Source: Gammaproteobacteria bacterium
Lineage (GTDB): Bacteria > Pseudomonadota > Gammaproteobacteria > Poriferisulfidales > Oxydemutatoraceae
Length of the DNA: 64,000 bases
Reading direction: 5' to 3'
Assembly: GCA_028817225.1 (NCBI GenBank)
Contig: JAPPQC010000026.1
Coordinates: forward strand, 8,631-72,630
Shown: positions 10,836 through 21,414 of the stretch, in pieces
Layout: every line of letters begins with the position of its first letter
How positions within the stretch are numbered: position 1 is the first letter of the stretch
Notes under the pieces: generated by a model
What the model was told of the DNA's origin: nothing
The model's database searches: none
Seen by the model: the letters and a program-made list of their open reading frames with translations, nothing else
Made by a program: the position numbers and the translations under genes

Positions 10836-11001
10836 GGTGGTTTGGTCCTCTGTTGTTGTGACTTGTCGTCGTTGGTTGTGGAATTGAAGCCCGGCTGTCG
10901 CGCCCGCCAAAGGCCGCTGCGGGGGCGCAATTATGCCCCAACAACGGGGTGATGCCAAGCCCCCCCTGATGGGGTGCCCCCGGTGCGGGCGTTGCCGCCG
11001 G

Positions 11002-11784
11002 TCAGCGGCGCACGCCCAGCACGATGCCCTTGGCGGCCAGCATCTCCAGTGTTTGCTGGCCGCCTTGCAGCGCCTTTTCGGTGTCGGCGACCTTCAGGTC
11101 GGCGACGACGCGGCGGATTTGTTCGGCGCCGCTGACATCGCCGCCGTCGGTGATTTTCTCCAGCAGCAGCGCGCTCGGCAGGTTCAGTTCCATGAAGCGG
11201 ACGCGGTCGTCGTCAGCGCGCCACACCACCAGCCAGGTCGGCGTCTTGCCCGGTTCGCGCGGCGTGAAGTGCGGGCCGATGCGGTGCACCGGCCATTCGT
11301 AGGCGTGCTGCCACGCCAGCGGCGACGCCACCGGCACGCCGGCCAGCAGGTCGCCGTCGCGGTCAATGGCGCTGTGGTCGGCGGCGTCGTCGGCGCGCGC
11401 CAGCGCCAGTTCCAGCCATTCATAATGCGCCAGTTCCAGCAGGAACGGCGGGTCGCAGGGGCGCGCCTCGTGTTCGTTTTCCAGGTAATCAATGAATTCG
11501 CGCGAGATTTCGGCGAAGTACGGCGAGTGGCAGCGGTGGCGCGCGTAGAAACGCCGCGCCAGTTCGCGCCAGTCGTCCTTGCGGTAGAGCGTTTTCAGCA
11601 CCGGGAAGGCGTCGGTCAGAAAGCCCTCCATATTGCGGATGAACAGGCCGCGATAGACTTCAAGACGCCGCTCTTCAAGCCCCGGCGGCGGCGGTTTGGA
11701 CGGGTCGCGCAGATGCGCGGCAAACTGGCGCTGAATGGCGCGGAAGTTGCCCGGCGGTGTTTCGGGTGGCGTTTTTTCAGGCAA
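11002..11784 (-). CDS. DUF2063 domain protein (MbnC/BufC-like partner of MNIO enzymes)
   Basis: Typical DUF2063 length and sequence. Immediately downstream of the DUF692 gene. Apparent TTG start. N-terminus built from CCTGAAACA-type repeats ('PEKTPPETPPG'). Confidence 0.7.
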   Translation of the reverse strand: MPEKTPPETPPGNFRAIQRQFAAHLRDPSKPPPPGLEERRLEVYRGLFIRNMEGFLTDAFPVLKTLYRKDDWRELARRFYARHRCHSPYFAEISREFIDYLENEHEARPCDPPFLLELAHYEWLELALARADDAADHSAIDRDGDLLAGVPVASPLAWQHAYEWPVHRIGPHFTPREPGKTPTWLVVWRADDDRVRFMELNLPSALLLEKITDGGDVSGAEQIRRVVADLKVADTEKALQGGQQTLEMLAAKGIVLGVRR

Positions 11785-11878
11785 TGTTTCAGGCGGTGTT
11801 TCGGGCGGCCCTTGCAGGCGTGTTTCAGACGGCGTTTCAGGCGTGTTTCAGCCGCGTTGTTTCAGGCATGTTTCAGGC
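11757..11878. repeat. Degenerate tandem array of about 10 units of (N)GTTTCAGG(C) (minus strand CCTGAAACA) spanning the DUF692 3' end, the intergenic region and the DUF2063 5' end
   Basis: Direct reading: ggtgtttcggg/ttttttcagg/caatgtttcagg/cggtgtttcggg/.../catgtttcagg. Unit length 10-15 nt. Confidence 0.7.
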
Positions 11879-12721
11879 GGCATCCGGCACCGGGTGCTGG
11901 TCTTGCAGTGCGCGGATGCGGTTCACCTCGTCCAGCAGGCGCGGCAGCGGCGGGAAATTGAAGTCGCGCTCCAGCAGCGTCGGCACCGCGCCGAACAGCG
12001 AGTAGGCTTTTTCAAGCAGGCGCCAGACCGGGGCGATGACATCGGCGCCGTGCGTGTCCACAATCAGGTCGTCGGCTTCGTTGTAATGGCCGGCGATGTG
12101 GCACCAGGCGATGCGCTGCGCCGGCAGTTTTTCAAGGTAGTCTTCGGCGTTGAAGTGGAAGTTGACCGAATTGACATAGACATTGTTGACATCCAGCAGC
12201 AGGTCGCAGTCGGCTTCCTCGAGCACGAGGCGGAGGAAGTCGGTTTCGTCCATCTCGCGGCCCGGCGCGAGGTAGGCCGACACATTCTCGACGGCGATGC
12301 GCTGGCCGAGAAAGTCCTGCACATCGCGGATGCGCGCGGCGACATGGCGCGCGGCCTCTTCGGTGAACGGAACCGGCATCAGGTCGTAGAGGTGCGCCTC
12401 GTCGGCGCAGTAGCTCAGGTGCTCGCTGTAACGGCGGATGCGGTGCTCGCGCAGGAAGCCGCGGATGTCGGCCAGCAGTTTCATGTCGAGCGGCGCCGGG
12501 CCGCCGAGCGACAGCGACAGGCCGTGACAGACGAACGGCCAGCGCTCGGTGAAGCGGCGAAAACGCCGTCCCGACGCGCCGCCGACGCCGATCCAGTTCT
12601 CCGGCGCGGTCTCCATGAACGACACCTGCGAAGGCCGCGCGGCCTCGAGTTCGTCCATCAGGCCGCGCCGCAGGCCGAGGCCGGCGCCGGCGACCGGGTA
12701 ACTGCCGGCGGCGTGCGTCAC
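11873..12721 (-). CDS. DUF692 family multinuclear non-heme iron oxidative enzyme (MNIO; MbnB/BufB/TglH-like)
   Basis: N-terminal 'AGAGLGLRR' and TIM-barrel xylose-isomerase-like fold signature. GTG start overlapping the doxX stop (GTGA). Confidence 0.8.
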   Translation of the reverse strand: MTHAAGSYPVAGAGLGLRRGLMDELEAARPSQVSFMETAPENWIGVGGASGRRFRRFTERWPFVCHGLSLSLGGPAPLDMKLLADIRGFLREHRIRRYSEHLSYCADEAHLYDLMPVPFTEEAARHVAARIRDVQDFLGQRIAVENVSAYLAPGREMDETDFLRLVLEEADCDLLLDVNNVYVNSVNFHFNAEDYLEKLPAQRIAWCHIAGHYNEADDLIVDTHGADVIAPVWRLLEKAYSLFGAVPTLLERDFNFPPLPRLLDEVNRIRALQDQHPVPDAA

Positions 12722-13176
12722 CGCCGGTCGCGCCCGGCGATGATGTGGTCAATGCTGAATTTTCCGGCGCCGCTGAGCAGCAGCGGAACCAGCATCACCA
12801 TGAAAATCAGCGGCAGTTTGTAGCCGTTGTCGCAGACATTGTAGCCGCTGCCGGCGTGCACGCTGGCCCACGCCACCGCGTCGAGTATGATCAGGGCGGC
12901 GGCCCAGAAGCGCGTGCCGAGACCGAGCGCCAGTCCGAGCGCGCCGATGATCTCGACCCAGGTCGCAAGAAACCAGCTGACGGCGACCGGCAGCACATTG
13001 AACGGAAACGGAAAGTCGTCGGCGATGTTGGCGAACCAGTTCTCGCCCTGCAACTTGGCGAGGCCGGCCTCGTAGAATTCCCACGCCAGCAGCAGGCGCA
13101 GCCCCAGCAGCGACAGCCAGGCGCCGATGGAGGACAGGCCGCGGTTCAGCGAGCAGATTGTGCTTTGAAGGCTCAT
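12718..13176 (-). CDS. DoxX family membrane protein
   Basis: Start placed at the internal ATG at 13176 (GGAG SD), giving a 152-aa 4-TM DoxX-like protein. The longer ORF from 13341 is probably an artefact. Confidence 0.75.
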   Translation of the reverse strand: MSLQSTICSLNRGLSSIGAWLSLLGLRLLLAWEFYEAGLAKLQGENWFANIADDFPFPFNVLPVAVSWFLATWVEIIGALGLALGLGTRFWAAALIILDAVAWASVHAGSGYNVCDNGYKLPLIFMVMLVPLLLSGAGKFSIDHIIAGRDRR

Positions 13177-13364
13177 CGGAGGCTGCTCCGGGGGCCGGGT
13201 TGGGGGTGGGGTGTGGAAGTCATGGTGGGTCTCCTTTATGTAGGTTGGCCTGACGCTGGTGGGGGTTATTATAACCCCCTCCCTCTCTGTTGCCCGCCGC
13301 GCCCGCAAAGCAGATATAATCGGCGATACGCCAACCCGCAACCCACCTGGAAGGATTATTTATT

Positions 13365-13973
13365 ATGAGACCACAATCCCGTCATCAGACCCTTCACCAA
13401 CCCATCTATCAACACTTCGTTGCCTTCGGCCTGGCCGCGGTGATGCTGTTCGGCTGCTCCGCGACGCAGGAGGTCGGCATGGAGGAACCGCAAACCGGGA
13501 CGCCGGGCGCCGGTGACGGCGCGGGCGGGACGCAGACCGCGCGCTATCCGGAGAGCGCCGCGGCCACCGCCGAACAGTTGTACGGCGCCGAGCCGGGCAC
13601 GACCAGCGAGGCGTACCGGCAAGCGATGGAGCGCAACGAGGCGCTGCGTTACAACATCATTTATTTTGAATACAACTCGTCGGTCGTCAACGACGACGGG
13701 CGCGATGCGCTGTCGCACCACGCCGCCTTCATGCAGGACAACCCCGGCGTCACGCTGCGCCTTGAGGGCCACGCCGACGAACGCGGCAGCGCGGGCTACA
13801 ACCTGGCCCTCGGCGAACAGCGCGCGAAGTCGGTGCGCAGCATTTTGCAGGCGGGCGGCGTCGAGGCGGTGCGCATCTCGGTCATCAGTTACGGCGAGGA
13901 ACGCCCCGCCGTTGACGGCTACACCGAAGACGCCTACAGCCGCAACCGCCGCGCCGAGTTAATCTACCAATGA
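13365..13973 (+). CDS. OmpA-family peptidoglycan-associated lipoprotein (Pal-like)
   Basis: Lipobox 'LFGCS', OmpA-like C-terminal domain 'LRLEGHADERGSAGYNLALGEQRAKSV'. Not embedded in a tol operon. Confidence 0.75.
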   Translation: MRPQSRHQTLHQPIYQHFVAFGLAAVMLFGCSATQEVGMEEPQTGTPGAGDGAGGTQTARYPESAAATAEQLYGAEPGTTSEAYRQAMERNEALRYNIIYFEYNSSVVNDDGRDALSHHAAFMQDNPGVTLRLEGHADERGSAGYNLALGEQRAKSVRSILQAGGVEAVRISVISYGEERPAVDGYTEDAYSRNRRAELIYQ

Positions 13974-14120
13974 GGGCCGCCGCCCGCCGGTAGCGGCGAG
14001 CGGCTACTGTGGCGGCAAACGGTTGCTGTGGCGCTGCCAAAAACCGGCCATCTGTCGCTGCCGGCAGCGGGACGCCAGGATGCCGGGACGTCAAGGAAGA
14101 AACGCGGCAGCCGCCCGCCG

Positions 14121-14903
14121 CTACCGGCGGGTGGCGGGTGGTCTTCTCTTCAGGTTCCACTTGCAGTCCATTTCCCACCAGTGCTCCGGCACCTCGTTGA
14201 ACTGGCCGTCCTTGAGTATGCCCCAGCCCTTCGCCGCCAGCGTGTAGTTCGCGGACAGCAGCCGGTTGAACGCGGCTTCATGGTTGTCCGGCAGGTCGCT
14301 GTAGCAATTCCGGTATTTGTCTTTTGTCACCTCGCACGAGATGCTGCCGATTCTGCCGCGCCGGATGAGCGGTTCCAGGGTTTTCAGCACCTCAAGATCC
14401 ATTCCCTGTATGTCGCTGATGTAATCGTCAATGTAGTCAACGCCTTGTTGTTCAAGGAAACGGCACAGGTTCACGCACGGCACCCGGATTGTCTTGACGA
14501 TGCGGATTTCATCGTTGAAATTTTCGTCGAGGCGGCCGATTGAAGAGGAGGCGCCGCCATCGTTGCTGGTGATGTTGAATTCAATCTCGCCGTCGCGGTC
14601 GGCGGCGGCGAGATTGAAAAGGCGGACATTCGGGCATGACCGGTATTCCTCCTGAAGTTCCGCGAACAATTCCGGGTTGGCCTCGAACCCGTAGCACACC
14701 CGGTACCTGTGGAACAGCGGCCTGAACGAACGCCCCGTGTGCAGGCCCACATAAACCAGGACATCTTTTCTTCTTTTCGCCAGATTGCGGGTGAAATCCA
14801 TTGCCTGCTTCAGCATTCTTTTGCCGTTCGGCTTTTTGCCCGCGAGCAGCCCGCGCAGATGGAACAGCAGGAAGCCGGCGATGGGAGGGCGGCGGGATTT
14901 CAT
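14121..14903 (-). CDS. FkbM family methyltransferase
   Basis: Methyltransf_21-like sequence. Noticeably lower GC (about 55%) than its surroundings. Start overlaps the pfp stop (ATGA). Confidence 0.7.
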   Translation of the reverse strand: MKSRRPPIAGFLLFHLRGLLAGKKPNGKRMLKQAMDFTRNLAKRRKDVLVYVGLHTGRSFRPLFHRYRVCYGFEANPELFAELQEEYRSCPNVRLFNLAAADRDGEIEFNITSNDGGASSSIGRLDENFNDEIRIVKTIRVPCVNLCRFLEQQGVDYIDDYISDIQGMDLEVLKTLEPLIRRGRIGSISCEVTKDKYRNCYSDLPDNHEAAFNRLLSANYTLAAKGWGILKDGQFNEVPEHWWEMDCKWNLKRRPPATRR

Positions 14904-16228
14904 TTCTTCGGAGGCGCGCCGGTCTGTTGCCGCGGGTTAAGGCGCTCTTTCAGTTTCTTCGGCACCGGCGCGTGCGCCGGACGCGCATAGCACGGCAGGC
15001 CGTTTTTGTAGGGCGGGTAGTCTTCGCCTTCAATCAGCGGGCGCAGGTAGGTTTTGCAGGCGTCGGTGATGCCGAAGCCGTCTTCGCTGATGTAGTCGCG
15101 CGGCAGTTTCTTTTCGCGGTTGGCGACATCCGCCAGCGGCGCGCTGCCGGTGCGCCAGCGGTAGGGGTTGTCGGATTCGCGCACGATGGTCGCCATGACG
15201 GCGTCCTGGCCGGCAAGCGCCATCTCAATGGCGGCCTCGCCGAGCGCGCGCGCCTGCTCGACATCGGTGCGCGAGGCGATGTGGCGCGCCGAGCGTTGCA
15301 GGTAGTCGGCCACCGCCCAGTGGTGTTTGTGGCCGAGTCGTTCGGTCATTAATTGCGCGATGCGCGGCGCGGCGCCGCCGAGTTGGGCGTGGCCGAATGC
15401 GTCGCGCGTGCCGGCCTCCGACAGAAAGCGCCCGCCGGCGTCGCGCACGCCCTCGGAGACGACGATAACGCAATGGCCGTGTTCGGCGACGCAGCGCCCG
15501 GCCTCGCGCACGACGCGCTCCTCGTCGAACGGAATCTCCGGGAACAGAATCAGGTGCGGGGCGTCGCCGTCGCGCTCGCGCGCAAGGCCGGCGGCGGCGG
15601 CGATCCATCCGGCGTGGCGCCCCATCACTTCCAGCACGAAGATCTTCGTCGAGGTCTTCGCCATTGAGGCGACATCAAGCGCCGCCTCGCGCGTCGAGAC
15701 CGCGACATACTTCGCGGTCGTGCCGAAACCCGGGCAGCAGTCGGTCAGCGGCAGGTCGTTGTCCACCGTCTTCGGGATGCCGATGCAGGTCAGCGGGTAG
15801 TCGTAGGCGCGCCCGAGTTGCGAAATCTTGAGCGTCGTGTCCTGCGAGTCGCCGCCGCCGTTGTAGAAGAACCAGCCGATGTCGTGCGCGCGGAAGACAT
15901 CCAGCAGGCGGCGGTATTCGGCCTCGTTTTCCTCGAGGCTTTTCATCTTGTAGCGGCAGGTGCCGAAGGCGCTCGCCGGCGTGTGCGCGAGCGCCGCGAT
16001 GTCGTCGTCGCCGAGGGCGGCGGTGTCCATCAGGTCTTCGTCGAGCGCGCCGAGGATGCCGTTGTGCGCGGCATAGACGCCGCCGATGACATCACCGCGC
16101 CTGCGCGCCGCCGCAATCAGCCCGGCGGCGGTGGCGTTGATAACGGCGGTAACACCGCCCGACTGGGCGTAGAGGGCGTTGCGCCCCGTCGCCGGCCCCC
16201 TGGTTGGCTCCTTTCCCGCTGCGTTCAT
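14900..16228 (-). CDS. pfp: pyrophosphate-dependent (or ATP) 6-phosphofructokinase
   Basis: 'SGGVTAVINATAAGLI', 'IGIPKTVDNDL', 'MGRHAGWIAA' PFK motifs. Start taken at the internal ATG at 16228; 16285 is an alternative. Divergent from adk. Confidence 0.8.
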   Translation of the reverse strand: MNAAGKEPTRGPATGRNALYAQSGGVTAVINATAAGLIAAARRRGDVIGGVYAAHNGILGALDEDLMDTAALGDDDIAALAHTPASAFGTCRYKMKSLEENEAEYRRLLDVFRAHDIGWFFYNGGGDSQDTTLKISQLGRAYDYPLTCIGIPKTVDNDLPLTDCCPGFGTTAKYVAVSTREAALDVASMAKTSTKIFVLEVMGRHAGWIAAAAGLARERDGDAPHLILFPEIPFDEERVVREAGRCVAEHGHCVIVVSEGVRDAGGRFLSEAGTRDAFGHAQLGGAAPRIAQLMTERLGHKHHWAVADYLQRSARHIASRTDVEQARALGEAAIEMALAGQDAVMATIVRESDNPYRWRTGSAPLADVANREKKLPRDYISEDGFGITDACKTYLRPLIEGEDYPPYKNGLPCYARPAHAPVPKKLKERLNPRQQTGAPPKK

Positions 16229-16311
16229 CGGCGCAATTATAATGGACAACCGCAATCCGCTATAATTCGCACGGCCCGCATTCATTGGGTTCGGGCCGGA
16301 AGAACTTTCTG

Positions 16312-16956
16312 ATGAGAATCATCCTGTTGGGCGCGCCGGGCGTCGGCAAGGGCACGCAGGCGCGGCTGCTTTGCGAGCACCACCGGATTCCGCAAATCTC
16401 CACCGGCGACATGCTGCGCGAGGCGGTGCGCGCCGATGGCGCATTGGGGCGCCGCGCCGCGGGCTTCATGAACCGCGGCGAACTGGTGCCGGACGAGGTC
16501 ATCGTCGGCCTGGTCAGCGAGCGCATCGCCGCCGGCGACTGCCGGCGCGGGTTTTTGTTCGACGGCTTTCCGCGCACGCTGGCGCAGGCGCGCGCGCTGG
16601 AATGGAAGCGCGTGGCGATTGACGCCGTCGTCGAGATTGTCGTGTCGGACGAGGAGATCATCCGCCGCCTCGGCGGGCGGCGCACGCACCCGGCATCGGG
16701 GCGCGCCTACCACATTGAATACCATCCGCCGAAGGTTGATGGCGTGGACGACCTGACCGGCGAGCCGCTGGTGCAGCGCGACGACGACCGGCCCGGCGTT
16801 ATTGCGCGCCGCCTTGAGACCTACCACGAACAGACCGCGCCGCTGGTCGGTTATTACCGCGACATCGCCGACCAGGGGCGCTTGCGCTACCTGGCGGTGG
16901 ACGGCGCCGGCGACATCCGGCAGGTGGGGCAACGGATTCTTGAACAGATTGCCTGA
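16312..16956 (+). CDS. adk: adenylate kinase
   Basis: 'MRIILLGAPGVGKGTQA' P-loop and LID domain. TATAAT at 16261-16266. Confidence 0.92.
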   Translation: MRIILLGAPGVGKGTQARLLCEHHRIPQISTGDMLREAVRADGALGRRAAGFMNRGELVPDEVIVGLVSERIAAGDCRRGFLFDGFPRTLAQARALEWKRVAIDAVVEIVVSDEEIIRRLGGRRTHPASGRAYHIEYHPPKVDGVDDLTGEPLVQRDDDRPGVIARRLETYHEQTAPLVGYYRDIADQGRLRYLAVDGAGDIRQVGQRILEQIA

Positions 16957-17003
16957 GCGCCGTCCGCCGGTGGCGGCGGGCGGCGTGTGCGAGACGGGGC
17001 GTG

Positions 17004-18002
17004 ATGGGTTACCGGGTTCGCTTTGAAGGCCATGACACCGAGGCCGTCGTTGAGCACGGCGAGTCGGTGCTTGAGGCGGCGGTGCGCGCCGGTCTTGCGG
17101 TGGATTATGGTTGCAGCGGCGGCAACTGCGGCCTGTGCATCGCGCGCCTGATGGACGGCGAGGTGCGCCAGGTCAGCGACTGGGACTATGTCTTTGAGCG
17201 CGGCCAGCGCGATGGCCGCCATTTCCTGATGTGTTCGCACACCGCCGCCGCCGACCTGCGCCTGGAGGCGAGCATCGCCGGCGCCGCCGGCCAGATTCCG
17301 GTGCAGCGTTTTCGCGCGAAGGTCAGGCGGGTGGACGAGGCGTCGCCGCAAATCGCGGTGCTGCGCCTGCGCGTGTCGAGAAGCCACCGCCTGCGGTTTC
17401 TGGCCGGGCAGGAGGCGAGTTTGTCGCACCCGCGCTGCGGCGATGCGCGCCTGCCCATCGCCAGTTGCCCGTGCGACGCCGGCGAACTGGAGTTTCATCT
17501 GCGCGCGCGCGGCGGCGTGCGGGACGACGCCTTCGCCGCCTGTGTCGCGCAGCAATGCCAGAGCGGCGAATGGTTTGATGTGGAGGCGCCGCACGGCTCG
17601 TTTGTGTTCACCGGCAACATGGAAAGGCCGGTTGTGCTGCTGGCGTGGGACACCCACTTCGCCTTCGCGCGCAGTCTGCTGGAACACATTGTCGCGCAGG
17701 AGAGCGACTTGCCGATTCATTTGTACCGGTCGGGCGCCGATGAGCCGCCGTATTATCTCGACAACCTGTGCTGCGCGTGGCATGACGCGCTTGATCAACT
17801 GGAGTACACGGCGCTGCCGCCGTCCGCCGCCGGCGACGATGACGCGGCGGATTCGTGGGCCGAACGCATCGCCGCCGACCACGCCGATCTCGCCGAAAGT
17901 GATTACTACCTGTGCCTGCCGCCGCCGCAGGCGCAGCGCGCGGCGCAGGCGCTGGAACGCCGCGGCGCGCGGCCCGGACGCATCTTCCGGGCCGAATCAT
18001 GA
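17004..18002 (+). CDS. 2Fe-2S ferredoxin domain fused to FNR-like FAD/NAD(P)-binding reductase
   Basis: 'CSGGNCGLC' plant-type ferredoxin motif, then a flavin reductase-like domain. Confidence 0.65.
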   Translation: MGYRVRFEGHDTEAVVEHGESVLEAAVRAGLAVDYGCSGGNCGLCIARLMDGEVRQVSDWDYVFERGQRDGRHFLMCSHTAAADLRLEASIAGAAGQIPVQRFRAKVRRVDEASPQIAVLRLRVSRSHRLRFLAGQEASLSHPRCGDARLPIASCPCDAGELEFHLRARGGVRDDAFAACVAQQCQSGEWFDVEAPHGSFVFTGNMERPVVLLAWDTHFAFARSLLEHIVAQESDLPIHLYRSGADEPPYYLDNLCCAWHDALDQLEYTALPPSAAGDDDAADSWAERIAADHADLAESDYYLCLPPPQAQRAAQALERRGARPGRIFRAES

Positions 18003-18009
18003 GCGCGCC

Positions 18010-20107
18010 ATGACAACGCCGAAACCGCCGGTCGCAAAACGCCGCCCGCGCCACTGGACGCTGCACGGGCGGCGGATGACGGACGACTACGCCTGGCTGC
18101 GCGACGACAACTGGCGCGAGGCGATGAACGACATCGGAAAACTCGACGCCGGCATCCGCGCCCACCTTGAGGCCGAGAACGACTACACCGACGCCGTCAT
18201 GCGCGACACCGAGGCGCTGCAAGCGCAACTGTTCGCCGAGATGAGAGGGCGCATCAAGGAGGACGACGACTCGGTGCCGGATCTTGACGGCGACTATGCG
18301 TATTACTTTCGCTACCGCGAGGGCGGGCAGTATCCGCTGCGCTGCCGCCACCCGGCGCGCGCGCCCGCCGCCGAGGAGGTGTTGCTGGACGGCGACGCCG
18401 AGGCCGCCGGCCTTGCGTATCACCATGTCCGCGGTTTCAGGCACAGCCCCGACCACCGCCGCATCGCCTGGTGCGCCGACGACGACGGCGCCGAGTTCTA
18501 CACGCTGCGCGTGCGCGACATTGCAAGCGGCGCGTTGCTGGACGAGGCGATACCGCGCGTGCAGGGCGACATCGCGTGGGCCGCGGACGGCCTGCATCTG
18601 TTCTACACGGTGCTTGACGGGCACCACCGCCCGTACCAGGTTCGCCGCCACCGCCTCGGCGACCCGGTCGCGCGCGACGCGGTGATTTACGAGGAGACCG
18701 ACCCCGGCTTTTTTATCGGCGTCTCGCGCACGCGCTCGGGGCGCTTGATCACAATCCACACCGGCGACCAGCGCACGACCGAGGCGTGGCTGATTCCGGC
18801 GCACGAGCCGCGCGCCGCGCCGCGCCTGGTGCAGGCGCGCGAGCGCGATGTGGAATACGCGGTGGACGAACGCGAGGGCCAACTGCTGATTGTCACCAAC
18901 GCCGGCGGCGCCGAGGACTACAAACTGGCGGTCGCCGACCCGGCGCGCCCCGCGCGCGAGGCGTGGCGCGATTTGTACCTGCCGGGCGACGGCGTGCTGC
19001 TGGAGAATGCGGTCGCGTTCAGGCGCTGGATTGTGCGCCTTGAGCGCGAGGACGCGCTGCCGCGCCTCGTCGTCATGGAGATGGACGAACGCGGGCGCTG
19101 CGTCGGCGAGAACACAATCGCCTTTGACGAGGCGTGCTACGAACTGGCGCCGCTCGCGACCTTCGCCTACGACAGCGACATCCTGCGCTTCACCTACGCC
19201 TCGATGACGACGCCGTACCGCGTGTTTGACTACGACATGCGCCGGCGCACGCGCCGCCTTCGCAAGCAGCAGCCGGTGCCGAGCGGCCACGACCCGGCGG
19301 ACTACGAGACGCGGCGGCTGTTCGCGCGCGCCGCCGACGGCGAGCGCGTGCCCATCAGCCTGCTGCGCCGCAAGACGACGCCGCTCGACGGCGGCGCGCC
19401 GCTGCTGCTCTACGGCTACGGCTCCTACGGTTCATCAATGCCGGCGTACTTTTCGGGCAACCGCTTGTCGCTGGTGGATCGCGGCTTTCTCTACGCCATC
19501 GCGCATGTGCGCGGCGGCATGGAGAAGGGCTACCGCTGGTACCGGGACGGCAGGATGGAGAACAAGCGCAACACCTTTCTTGACTTCATCGCCTGCGCCG
19601 AACACCTGGTGCGCGAGGGTTGCACGCGCCCGCAGCGGATGGCGGCGCACGGCGCCTCCGCCGGCGGCCTGCTGGTCGGCGCCGTCGTCAACATGCGCCC
19701 CGATTTGTTCGGCGCGGCCATCGCCGAGGTGCCGTTTGTGGACGCGCTGAACACGATGTGCGACGCCACGCTGCCGCTGACGCCGATTGAATGGCCGGAG
19801 TGGGGCAACCCCGTTGAGGACGCCGAAGCCTTCGAGCGCATCGCGTCGTGGTCGCCGTACGACAATGTCGCGCGCCGCGACTACCCGCACCTGTTTGTCA
19901 GCGCCGGTTTGAGCGACATGCGCGTGACCTGGTGGGAGCCGGCCAAATGGGTCGCGAAACTGCGCGCCTGCGACACCGGCGGCGGCCTGCTGCTGCTGAA
20001 GACCAACCTGTCCGCCGGGCACGGCGGCTCTTCCGGGCGCTTTGATTACCTGAAGGAAGTGGCGGAGAAGTACGCCTTTCTGCTGAAGGTGTTCGGCGCC
20101 GCCGGCG

Positions 20108-20118
<11 letters not shown>
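18010..20118 (+). CDS. ptrB: oligopeptidase B (S9A prolyl oligopeptidase family)
   Basis: Beta-propeller N-domain plus C-terminal catalytic 'GASAGGLLVGA' (GxSxGG). Start at ATG 18010; the 17443 extension is an artefact. Confidence 0.85.
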
Positions 20119-20890
<772 letters not shown>

Positions 20891-20910
20891 GGGCGGGGGC
20901 GCCGCCGGCG

Positions 20911-21414
20911 TCAGCGCGGTTCCTTTTTGTCGGGGCGCAGCGTCAGCCGGACGCGGTTTTTGTCCTTGGTGGCCTTGACGATTTTTTTGCGCGCGTCATA
21001 GACGATGTGGTCGCCCGACAGCGCCTTCCAGCCGTCGGCGATGCGCGCCTTGCCGCGCAGGTCCATGATGCCCTCGTCGGCGCGGTATTCAATCCGCAGC
21101 GCCTCGGCGCGCAGCGTCTGGCCGTCGCGGCGGCGCACCAGGCGGCTCGGGCCGGCGGTGGCGACGAGTTTGGAGATGGCGCCGTCCTTTGTGAAGACCT
21201 CAACGGTGTCGCCTTTCAGCGTGATTTCACCCTGGACAATCTTGACATTGCCGCGATAGACGCTGATGCCGGTTTCCTCGTTATAGACGACGCTGTCGGC
21301 CTCCAGTTCAAGCGGCTCGCCGCTTTGCTGCGCGGCGGCGGCGGCGGCGAGCGTTGCGGCCAGCAGCAGCGCCGCAAGGCGCGTGATTTCAGGGCGCATG
21401 GGTGACGCGGACAT
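20911..21414 (-). CDS. lptA: LPS transport periplasmic protein LptA
   Basis: Signal peptide and OstA-like beta-jellyroll. Lies between lptC and lptB. Confidence 0.8.
   Translation of the reverse strand: MSASPMRPEITRLAALLLAATLAAAAAAQQSGEPLELEADSVVYNEETGISVYRGNVKIVQGEITLKGDTVEVFTKDGAISKLVATAGPSRLVRRRDGQTLRAEALRIEYRADEGIMDLRGKARIADGWKALSGDHIVYDARKKIVKATKDKNRVRLTLRPDKKEPR

Noticed and set aside
8478-10952. 824-aa plus-strand ORF antisense to mcl and sga
   Set aside because: Same high-GC artefact. No domain signature.
10836-11001. Region between DUF2063 and sga searched for a small precursor ORF
   Set aside because: The minus strand has no ATG-initiated ORF. Only short GC hairpins (GGGGC...GCCCC, CCCC-ATCA-GGGG).
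17443-18009. N-terminal extension of the ptrB ORF
   Set aside because: It overlaps the upstream reductase in another frame. The conserved PtrB N-terminus starts at ATG 18010.
17608-19290. 560-aa minus-strand ORF antisense to ptrB
   Set aside because: Arg/Ala-rich nonsense. ptrB on the plus strand is unambiguous.
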